Shown piece by piece: positions 56,595-64,000 of a stretch of 64,000 bases of DNA (position 1 is the stretch's first letter; every line of letters starts with the position of its first letter). Source of the DNA: a bacterium (lineage in GTDB: Bacteria; Patescibacteriota; CPR2; UBA1875; JAJYID01); the NCBI GenBank assembly GCA_021787535.1, contig JAJYLR010000001.1, positions 301,501 through 365,500 of the forward strand, in the 5' to 3' direction. Made by a program: the position numbers and the translations under genes. Under the pieces are notes generated by a model. It was not told the DNA's origin, did not search any database, and was given only the letters and a program-made list of their open reading frames with translations.

Positions 56595-57761
56595 ATGGAA
56601 GAAAATTTTGAAAATACAAGTAATACAGATGTGAAGAAACAGCCGAGTGATCCGGGCTGGAAAAGAAAAACAGCCGTACTTATTGCTGCTTCGTTTGTCA
56701 TGGGCATTTTGGGAGGGTTTTTGGGCTATAATATTGCAAGCGGCAATTTGCACAATGTTGTTTCTAATACTCCGTCAGGCAATAAAACCTATAACGTTCA
56801 AGAGCAGTCGGCTGTTATAGATGCTGTCAAAAAAGTCAGCCCGAGTGTTGTTTCGATTACCAGTGAGGGGTCTAGCGAAGGTCTTTTTGGAATGTCCATG
56901 CCGACTAAAAGCGCCGGTACGGGATTTATTGTTGACTCGAATGGACTAATTGTCACGAATAAACATGTTGTTTCTGATCAAAACGCTAAATACACCGTAT
57001 TTACCAGCGACGGGAAAAAATATGCAGCTGAGGTAAAAGCGCGTGATCCTTTAAACGATTTGGCTTTTGTTAAAATTAACACTTCAGGGCTTCCGGCGGC
57101 TGAGCTTGGCAACTCTGACGGCTTGCAAGTCGGCCAGACTGTTATTGCTATCGGAAATGCTCTAGGGCAATACCAAAATACGGTAACTACCGGTGTGGTA
57201 AGCGGCGTCGGCCGCGCTATCACTGCGGGCGATCAGGGAGGCGCTAGCCAGGAATATCTTGATAATGTCATTCAAACAGATGCGGCGATCAATCCCGGCA
57301 ACTCCGGCGGACCGCTTATTAATATCGGCGGGCAGGTTATCGGCATAAATACCGCTATTGACCAGCAGGGCCAGTCGATCGGCTTTGCCATCCCTATCAA
57401 TATGATTAAAAAACAGGTTTCCTCGGTAGAATCTACCGGAAAGATTGTCAGGCCTGTTTTAGGCATTCGCTACGTTCCTATAACCAAAGATTTGGCGGCA
57501 AGCAATAACCTTAAATCTGATACAGGCGCGCTTGTATATGGCGGCGGAAACAATCCTGGTGTTGTACCGGGGTCTGCCGCCGATAAAGCGGGCGTCAAGG
57601 AAGGCGACATTATCCTGAAAATAAATAATGACTCCATTGATGAGAATCACTCTATTACCTCGATACTCCAGAAATATGATCCGGGTAATACCGTGACGCT
57701 TACTATTTTAAGAGACGGCGGCCAGAAAAAAATCAATGTGGCGCTTGGTTCCAGCTCTTAG
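56595..57761 (+). CDS. htrA: HtrA/DegP family serine protease with one PDZ domain
   Basis: H (TNKHVV), D (DLAFVKI), S (GNSGGPL) triad; ATG at 56595 after RBS agggagga. Confidence 0.9.
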   Translation: MEENFENTSNTDVKKQPSDPGWKRKTAVLIAASFVMGILGGFLGYNIASGNLHNVVSNTPSGNKTYNVQEQSAVIDAVKKVSPSVVSITSEGSSEGLFGMSMPTKSAGTGFIVDSNGLIVTNKHVVSDQNAKYTVFTSDGKKYAAEVKARDPLNDLAFVKINTSGLPAAELGNSDGLQVGQTVIAIGNALGQYQNTVTTGVVSGVGRAITAGDQGGASQEYLDNVIQTDAAINPGNSGGPLINIGGQVIGINTAIDQQGQSIGFAIPINMIKKQVSSVESTGKIVRPVLGIRYVPITKDLAASNNLKSDTGALVYGGGNNPGVVPGSAADKAGVKEGDIILKINNDSIDENHSITSILQKYDPGNTVTLTILRDGGQKKINVALGSSS

Positions 57762-57833
57762 AGCTAAAAAAGTATTTTACTTTTGCATTAGGGATTGTAA
57801 AATAAGATAGAAATATTAATTTATGCAAATATT

Positions 57834-58157
57834 ATGGGTACTAAGAAGGAAAACTGTTGGGAGTTTAAAAAGTGCGGACGCGAACCCGGAGGAGAGAATA
57901 CCAGCCATCTGGGTGTCTGTCCGGCGGCAGTTTCTGGTACAGGAGACGGCATTAATGGCGGCGCCAACCGCGGTAGAATCTGCTGGGCGGTTACGGGCAC
58001 TTTCTGCGGCGGTAAGATCCAGGGAACTTATGCGCAGAAAGAAATCAGCTGCCTGGATTGCTCTTTCTTCAACGTCGTTGAAGAAGAAGAGGGAACTGAT
58101 TTCTGCCTGCTTTTGCCCGGGCAGACTTACACTCCCAGATATCAGAAAGAAAACTAG
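57834..58157 (+). CDS. small Cys-rich protein resembling a free-standing two-CW domain
   Basis: NCWEFKKCG ... ICWAVTGTFCGG ... CLDCSFF; eight Cys in 107 aa. Confidence 0.45.
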   Translation: MGTKKENCWEFKKCGREPGGENTSHLGVCPAAVSGTGDGINGGANRGRICWAVTGTFCGGKIQGTYAQKEISCLDCSFFNVVEEEEGTDFCLLLPGQTYTPRYQKEN

Positions 58158-58182
58158 CGCGCTTATCAGTGGGGATTAAAAG

Positions 58183-58647
58183 ATGAGGCGTTTCAGTTTG
58201 TTGAATTTGAAAATTATTTTAGTTTTTTGCTTAACCTTTATCGGATTAGGCGTTTTTATTTTTATAAAGACAAGGGTACCCGAACAAGTCTGTTTTCGCG
58301 GCCAATGCTACAAAGTTTCAGTTGCGAAAACCGAAAAAGCAAGAGCAGAGGGATTATCCGGCAGGAGAAAAATGAGCGAAGATCGCGGCATGCTCTTTGT
58401 TTTTGATGAATCAGGCAAGCATCGGTTTTGGATGAAGGGCATGAATTTCCCCTTAGATATTATCTGGCTGGATAAAGATAAAAAGATTGTAGCTATGCAA
58501 GAAAATGCAGCGCCGTGTACGGCTAACTGTGCTACTTTGACTCCGGCAAAAGATTCAAAATATGTTTTGGAAGTGAACGCCGGGGAAATTAAAAAAATCA
58601 ACCTTAGTATTGGAGAGACAATAGATTTTCAGCGGGGTTTATGGTGA
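58183..58647 (+). CDS. DUF192 domain protein
   Basis: GMLFVFD...FWMKGMNFPLDIIWLD...YVLEVNAG pattern; N-terminal TM. Confidence 0.7.
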   Translation: MRRFSLLNLKIILVFCLTFIGLGVFIFIKTRVPEQVCFRGQCYKVSVAKTEKARAEGLSGRRKMSEDRGMLFVFDESGKHRFWMKGMNFPLDIIWLDKDKKIVAMQENAAPCTANCATLTPAKDSKYVLEVNAGEIKKINLSIGETIDFQRGLW

Positions 58648-59420
58648 AAATAGTCAGTTGGAACGTCAATGGTATCCGTTCTGCGGCGAAGAATGGCTTT
58701 TTTGATTTTATCGAGAAAGAGAGCGCTGATATTTATTTATTCCAGGAAGTGAAAATTTCAGAATATGACTTAAATTTACTGCCAAAACCAGAGGGTTATT
58801 ATCTTTACCATTTTCTGCCGGAAAAGAAGGGTTACGCCGGACTTATAGCTTATTGTAGAGGACAGTCCTCTGCAAAGGACGGACCTTTGCAAGTTACGAA
58901 GGGATTAGAAGTTGAAATCTTTGATCTCGAAGCGAGGGTTATGGCGCTGGAATTTAATAAATTTTACCTTCTGAACGTTTATTTTCCGCATTCCAGAAGA
59001 GAGCTTGCCCGCCTTGATTTTAAAATGAAATTTAATGAAGTATTTTTAGAATATATTAACGAGTTAGATAAAAAGAAACCGGTAATTATCGGCGGAGATT
59101 TCAATGTGGCACATGAAGCGAGAGATCTCGCCAATCCGAAATCGAATGAGAAAAACGCCGGTTTTACCGGTGAGGAGCGGGATTGGTTTAGTAAATTCCT
59201 AGAGTCAGGATTTACAGACACATTTCGTATGTTTGAAGAAGACGGCGGGCATTACACCTGGTGGAGTAACCGTCCGACAGTCAGAGAGCGGAACATCGGT
59301 TGGCGCATCGACTATTTCATTGTATCAAACTCCATTAAAGACAGGGTGACAGACAGCAAAATCTTGCCCGATGTCTACGGCTCAGACCATTGTCCGATAT
59401 CACTCGAGATTGACTTATGA
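58641..59420 (+). CDS. xth: exodeoxyribonuclease III (Xth/APE1 family)
   Basis: SWNVNG, GDFNVAH, WRIDY, SDHCP catalytic motifs. Confidence 0.9.
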   Translation: MVKIVSWNVNGIRSAAKNGFFDFIEKESADIYLFQEVKISEYDLNLLPKPEGYYLYHFLPEKKGYAGLIAYCRGQSSAKDGPLQVTKGLEVEIFDLEARVMALEFNKFYLLNVYFPHSRRELARLDFKMKFNEVFLEYINELDKKKPVIIGGDFNVAHEARDLANPKSNEKNAGFTGEERDWFSKFLESGFTDTFRMFEEDGGHYTWWSNRPTVRERNIGWRIDYFIVSNSIKDRVTDSKILPDVYGSDHCPISLEIDL

Positions 59421-59427
59421 TCAAAAT

Positions 59428-59458
59428 TAAAACCCCAAGTGCAATGACTGGGGTTTTA
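59428..59458. terminator. bidirectional terminator
   Basis: aaaacccca...tggggtttta. Confidence 0.6.
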
Positions 59459-59475
59459 ATTTAAGAAAAGGAGTT

Positions 59476-60063
59476 TCACTGCAGTCCGGCAACCTTGCTT
59501 GAATCGAGCATAAATGCCACGGCGTTTAGCATTTTTTTCAGGTTGCCTTCTTCTGCACAGACGGTAATGACATTTCGGTCAATGACGATTCCTTGCTGTA
59601 CCGGAATCGCGTTAATCGCCTCAATTGCTTTTCGTGCCTCCTCTGATTGTAAGAAGACTCGCTTTCCATAGAGAATACCGCTTCCATAGAGAATATTGGC
59701 ACCCCTATGATAGCCGGCTATGACTTTCTCTCGATAATCCATCTCTATAACCAGTGTAATTAATAATTCATCCATTCTCATTATAGTGTTGTTTTCTTTG
59801 CTAACACCGGCTAAGATGAACGCATCGAGATCATCTGCTTTTACTTGGCTCAATAATTTCGTTTCTTTTACCACAGTACCATCAGAACTTACTGTCTTCT
59901 CGTTCTGAGTTAACGGAACGGCGATTAAATCAACCGCGGCCCCATTTTCGACAAAGAAATTCCTGGCTGTGACAACCTGCTCCTCGAGAAAACCTGTCGC
60001 GATAGGGATACCGATCTTTTTACCTGTAAGATTAGATTTCAAGAAACTCAACTCCTTTCTCAA
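59476..60063 (-). CDS. DJ-1/PfpI family protein (no canonical nucleophile Cys evident)
   Basis: KKIGIPIATGFLEEQ..AFILAGV flavodoxin-like fold signature. Confidence 0.55.
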   Translation of the reverse strand: MRKELSFLKSNLTGKKIGIPIATGFLEEQVVTARNFFVENGAAVDLIAVPLTQNEKTVSSDGTVVKETKLLSQVKADDLDAFILAGVSKENNTIMRMDELLITLVIEMDYREKVIAGYHRGANILYGSGILYGKRVFLQSEEARKAIEAINAIPVQQGIVIDRNVITVCAEEGNLKKMLNAVAFMLDSSKVAGLQ

Positions 60064-60185
60064 ATTGTATAAAGTGCTCTATTGCCAAGACTCCAATGTC
60101 TATAGGGAATAGCTTAAGTATCTACTATAACATGACCGAATAAAAATGTCAAAGTTTTTAAGACCGTGAATTCAAAAACCTTCTC

Positions 60186-60326
60186 TGTCATCCCGAGCCC
60201 ATTCGACAAGCTCAAGATAAACTCCGCGGTAGCGGAGTCGAGGGATCCCTTTAAAAAATTAAATTCAAGTACAGTTTAAGGGATTTCTCCGCTCGTCACT
60301 AGCGTGATGTCGGTCGAAATGACAAA
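60186..60326. repeat. MITE-like palindromic element E2 (~140 bp), same family as 1883-1995
   Basis: tgtcatcccgag...agggatttctccgctc...gtcggtcgaaatgacaaa. Confidence 0.5.
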
Positions 60327-60418
60327 TATGGGCGGGGTTTTTGAATTCACGGTAAGAAATAAGAGTTTTATAAATTTGTCTATAGAAGCGCTTACGGGTG
60401 TGGGGTAATATATTGCTC

Positions 60419-61957
60419 ATGGCAAAAGAAATGAGTACAGAAAAAGACGGCTTTCCGGGCAAGCCGACAAGCGTCTGGATGGATACGACTTCGGAAACGG
60501 ATTACCCTGCCTTGAATGGCAAGGTGAAAACTGATGCGGTCATTGTAGGCGGAGGTATTGCCGGCATTCTGACCGCATACTCGCTTCTCGAGGCCGGTAT
60601 AAAAGTGGTTTTGCTGGAGAGTGGGAGAGTTGCAGAAGATGTCACTGCTTATACCACTGCGAAGGTAACATCGGCGCACGGAGCTATGTATCATTATTTA
60701 ACTGAGAAATTCGGCGAAGATAAGGCCAAACTGTATGCGGATGCAAACCAGGCCGGGCTTTTGAAGATTGTTTCAATTATTTTGAACAGAAAAATTGACT
60801 GCGAACTCAGGAAACAAAGCGCCTACATCTATACCGAAAAAGCAAAAAACAGAGGGGCTTTAAAAAAGGAGGCGGAGGCAGCCAGGCGTTTGGGGCTGCC
60901 GGCCCGGTATACAGAGGATACCCCGCTCGCATTTATAAAAGGAGTGGTTGAATATCAAAACCAAGCCCAGTTTCATCCTCGGAAATTCTTGCTGGATTTG
61001 GCTAACGATATTTCCAAAGAAGCTCTTTTGTTTGAAAATTCCCGCGCGATAAAAGTTCAAGAGGACGGCAAAAATGTTACAGTTTTTACCGGACAAGGTG
61101 AGGTTGAAGCCAAATCTCTGATTATCGCCACTCACTTTCCTTTCTACGATAAGGAACGTTTTTATACCAAACTTTATCCGCACAGGTCTTATGTTTTAGG
61201 ATTAAAGTTGAAAACCGAAGTCCCGGACGGCATGTATTTCTCGATAGATGGGATGCGAAACTCTATTCGCAACCAAGGATTATACGGCAAAAAGATTTTG
61301 CTTGTCGGAGGCGGTACTGAGCGAGCTGGGGTGGATGCCGACACATTGAAATATTATGAACGAATCAGAACATACGCTGATGAGAGATTTGATGTTGAAG
61401 AAATAGAATACCACTGGTTTACGCAGGACAACCGTACGCCTGACCGCTTGCCGTATATCGGTAAAATGTCGGGGGCGAAAAATATTTATGTTGCTGCCGG
61501 CTTCGGCGGCTGGGGGATGACGACCAGCGCCGCAGCTTCGACAGTACTGACAGATTTGATCTTAGGTAAAGTAAATACAGCGGCGTCGCTTTTTGATCCC
61601 GCAAGGAAAGTGGGAAACAGATTAGGCCCTATCGAAGCTTCAATCAGTGAAAATGTCAAAACTTTCACTCACCTTCTAGAAAGATACACAAAGAGATATC
61701 CTTTTGAGCTGCCTGCAGGGTTTGAACCGGGTGAAGGGAAGATAGTCAGTATGCGTGGCAGAAAGGTTGCCATTTACAAAGATAAGGAAGGGAAGATCTA
61801 TTCTTTATCGCCGGTGTGCAAGCATATGGGCTGTAATGTGGGCTGGAACGTGACAGAGAAAACTTGGGACTGTCCTTGCCATGGATCGCGCTACAACTAC
61901 GACGGCAAAGTTATCCACGGTCCGGCTAATGAGGATTTGGATAAGATTGATATTTAA
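60419..61957 (+). CDS. FAD-dependent oxidoreductase fused to a C-terminal Rieske [2Fe-2S] domain
   Basis: VIVGGGIAG dinucleotide motif; CKHMGC...CPCHGS Rieske ligands. Confidence 0.8.
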   Translation: MAKEMSTEKDGFPGKPTSVWMDTTSETDYPALNGKVKTDAVIVGGGIAGILTAYSLLEAGIKVVLLESGRVAEDVTAYTTAKVTSAHGAMYHYLTEKFGEDKAKLYADANQAGLLKIVSIILNRKIDCELRKQSAYIYTEKAKNRGALKKEAEAARRLGLPARYTEDTPLAFIKGVVEYQNQAQFHPRKFLLDLANDISKEALLFENSRAIKVQEDGKNVTVFTGQGEVEAKSLIIATHFPFYDKERFYTKLYPHRSYVLGLKLKTEVPDGMYFSIDGMRNSIRNQGLYGKKILLVGGGTERAGVDADTLKYYERIRTYADERFDVEEIEYHWFTQDNRTPDRLPYIGKMSGAKNIYVAAGFGGWGMTTSAAASTVLTDLILGKVNTAASLFDPARKVGNRLGPIEASISENVKTFTHLLERYTKRYPFELPAGFEPGEGKIVSMRGRKVAIYKDKEGKIYSLSPVCKHMGCNVGWNVTEKTWDCPCHGSRYNYDGKVIHGPANEDLDKIDI

Positions 61958-62017
61958 ATGAATAGAGCCGGCATTGCCTGCCGGCTCTATGGTTATGCTT
62001 CTCTATCAACGTTTGCG

Positions 62018-63319
62018 CTATCTTTGCGGGATGTTTATTTCAGCTGGCAGTTTGGCGATGTCAGTGCGCATCTGCATGCCGAGGAAGCTGATACCTTCAG
62101 CTGCCTGATATGCCTTGGTACGGGCATTCAAAATGCTCCATCCCAGCGCTGTCACTGCCAATACGCGGCCGCCGTTTGTCACCAGTGACCCGTTGCCGTC
62201 ACGAGCTGTTCCGGCGTGGAAAACCTCGGCTTCCTCAACTCCTCCATAAAGGTAGTTGAGTCCGCTGATAACATCTCCTTTGCTCGAAGAGGCGGGGTAG
62301 CCGTCAGAGGCCAGAATGACAGTAACGGCAGACTCATTCTTCCACTCGAGTTCGTGGCCGGCGAGGTTACCCTCGGCGCAAGCAAGCATGACTTCAACCA
62401 GGTCACTTTCGAGGCGAGGCAGGATGACCTGAGTTTCAGGATCACCGAAGCGGACGTTAAACTCGAGGACCTTAGGACCTTCAGGGGTGATCATCAGGCC
62501 AGCGTACAGAATGCCGCAGAACCTGTGGCCGCGTTTGGCCATCTCAGCAATGACTGGCTTGTGTACCGTCTCGATGATCTCCGTAACCATGTTCGGAGGC
62601 ACGTGAGGAACGGGGCTGTAGCATCCCATCCCCCCGGTATTCGGGCCTTCGTCGCCGTCGAATATCCGCTTGTAATCCTGGGCGGGTTCGAGAGGTAGAA
62701 CGGTTTCTCCGTCGCATAGAGCGAGGATTGAGCACTCCTGGCCGGCAAGGCACTCCTCGATGAGAATCTTGGTACCGGTGTCTTCCCAACACTCGTTAAG
62801 CATGTTCTGTTTAAGAATTGTCTCTGCTTCTGTACGAGTTTTTACGATTGTTACTCCCTTGCCTGAGGCCAGACCATCCAGCTTGATAACGACCGGAAAG
62901 TCGAAGTAGTCGAGATCTTCCTTGGCAGCTGCAAAGCTGGTGAAAACGGCAGAGTCAGCGGTAGGAACGCCAGCAGCTCGCATAATCTCTTTGGCATAAG
63001 ACTTGCTGCCCTCCAGTCTCGCCGCTCCTGCGTTCGGGCCGAAAACCTTAAAACCCTCACGCCTCAGCGCATTGCCCATGCCGGCCACCAATGGTGTTTC
63101 AGGCCCAATGACGACCAGATCGGCATCGATCCGCTTGGCGAGCTCGACGACACCTTTGATGTCGGTGTCCGCTATCTGATGGCACTGGGCATCGTATGCA
63201 ATGCCGGCATTTCCGGGCGTACAATGTACCCATGCCACCATAGGGCTTGCCTTGCAAGCTCTCACCAGCGCATGTTCTCTGCCGCCGGATCCTACGACTA
63301 ACACGTTTATCTTGCTCAT
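62018..63319 (-). CDS. purD: phosphoribosylamine--glycine ligase
   Basis: ATP-grasp PurD; VLVVGSGGREHAL. ATG with RBS aagggagag is preferred over the upstream track start. GC markedly higher than the neighbours. Confidence 0.85.
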   Translation of the reverse strand: MSKINVLVVGSGGREHALVRACKASPMVAWVHCTPGNAGIAYDAQCHQIADTDIKGVVELAKRIDADLVVIGPETPLVAGMGNALRREGFKVFGPNAGAARLEGSKSYAKEIMRAAGVPTADSAVFTSFAAAKEDLDYFDFPVVIKLDGLASGKGVTIVKTRTEAETILKQNMLNECWEDTGTKILIEECLAGQECSILALCDGETVLPLEPAQDYKRIFDGDEGPNTGGMGCYSPVPHVPPNMVTEIIETVHKPVIAEMAKRGHRFCGILYAGLMITPEGPKVLEFNVRFGDPETQVILPRLESDLVEVMLACAEGNLAGHELEWKNESAVTVILASDGYPASSSKGDVISGLNYLYGGVEEAEVFHAGTARDGNGSLVTNGGRVLAVTALGWSILNARTKAYQAAEGISFLGMQMRTDIAKLPAEINIPQR

Positions 63320-63545
63320 CTTACTCTCCCTTCCTGTTGCAGTTTGTTTTGAATTAAGAAGCTTGAAGACCAAAAACTTGTCCATAATGCTTTACAGACA
63401 GTTTAAGGCCTTAAATATTTTCAATGTGCGTAAGATTAATAATCTTAGCATAATAAGGATATTCTGTCGAGCCGATTTTAGGATTTTGTATACTTGATTT
63501 GTTAAAAATTGTCTGTTATTTTACCCCTAGATAAGGAGATTATTA

Positions 63546-64000
63546 TGGTAAAGAAAACTTGGATAGAAAAGCTAAATGATTCAAAAAATCTGCCGAAGGT
63601 GGTGAAATTAAATTCAAAAGGCGCCCAACATTGGCACGGTGAAACGATGGTTGTACCGTCACCCTTGGAAGTTGATGAGATTATGCGCAGCGTCCCCGAA
63701 GGCAAACTGATTACGATTAATGAGGTTCGGCAGAAATTAGCCCAAAAACATCACACCGATATCGGTTGCCCCCTAACTTCTGGCATCTTTGCCTGGATTA
63801 GTGCCAATGCCGCTGAAGAAATGCGCGGGGAAGGCAAAACTGATATTACTCCATGGTGGCGGACGCTGAAGTCCGGTGGGTTTCTAAATGAGAAATTTCC
63901 GGGAGCACCTGATATGCAGAAGAAAATACTTGAAGCTGAGGGGCATAAAATTATAAAAAAAGGTAAAAAACAGCAGGTGGAGGATTATCAAAAATCGCTC
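63546..64000 (+). CDS. MGMT-family DNA-binding domain protein (alkyltransferase-like, no active-site Cys seen); 3' end runs out of the window
   Basis: ...ITPWWRTLKSGGFLNE... resembles the Ogt/ATL HTH and 'PCHRV'-region with W in place of C; not in the ORF track. Confidence 0.4.

Noticed and set aside
57823-58179. Alternative 118-aa frame overlapping the two-CW-like ORF
   Set aside because: It is Arg/Ala-rich with no recognisable motif and sits out of frame to the Cys-motif protein. The frame carrying the CW and Cys pattern is retained.
1-64000. CRISPR arrays, rRNA and tRNA genes
   Set aside because: No regularly spaced direct repeats and no tRNA cloverleaf or T-loop (GGTTCGAATCC-like) signatures were seen in any intergenic region of the window.

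Overview
This is a compact, low-GC (~40%) bacterial chromosomal segment. Genes are tightly packed, TTG and GTG starts are frequent, and many intergenic regions carry clear rho-independent terminators. Most of the window is housekeeping:
- Translation and tRNA: def-fmt, hisS, a MtaB/MiaB-like methylthiotransferase, ileS, rpsU-yqeY-ybeY, rplU, map, adk.
- Replication and repair: priA, recJ, exonuclease III.
- Cell division and envelope: ftsA, ftsZ, a SEDS FtsW/RodA protein, YggT, LCP, signal peptidase I, HtrA, a lysozyme-like protein.
- Secretion and partition: secDF, parAB.
- Metabolism: LysA-like and DapL-like genes sit between ftsA and ftsZ; argB and a GC-rich purD are also present.
- A coherent adenosylcobalamin module: nrdR, B12-dependent class II RNR nrdJ, a CobO/BtuR adenosyltransferase, a DUF4430 B12-binding-like protein, and an ECF-S-like membrane protein.

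The most unusual signals are:
1. A family of small palindromic MITE/REP-like elements. Its core is ATTC-stem-loop-stem-GAAT followed by GACRA, with terminal TGTCAT/ATGACA. It is scattered through intergenic regions and has stem variants that preserve pairing. Degenerate copies sit IN FRAME inside the essential genes priA, ileS and the mtaB-like gene, at positions where standard family alignments (as I recall them) carry no extra residues. This parallels Rickettsia RPEs.
2. A higher-GC island (~44.2-51.2 kb). It holds an SF2 ResIII-type helicase with four homing-endonuclease-associated (HEAR) repeats, a divergent sigma-70-family factor with a long C-terminal extension, and a 401-aa unknown protein. 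The helicase and the sigma factor end in the same ~65-aa C-terminal domain and the same 3'-end hairpin sequence. The island is preceded by a promoter and a leader with two tiny RBS-equipped ORFs and an attenuator-like hairpin.
3. A ~570-nt GC-rich non-coding region (34.43-35.0 kb) with a consensus sigma70 promoter and its own terminator, which is a candidate large ncRNA.
4. Smaller items: a higher-GC operon of tiny Cys-rich or membrane peptides (5.79-6.77 kb), a tandem pair of small paralogues upstream of a WG-repeat protein, and a free-standing putative two-CW-domain mini-protein.

I recognised no rRNA, tRNA or CRISPR array.
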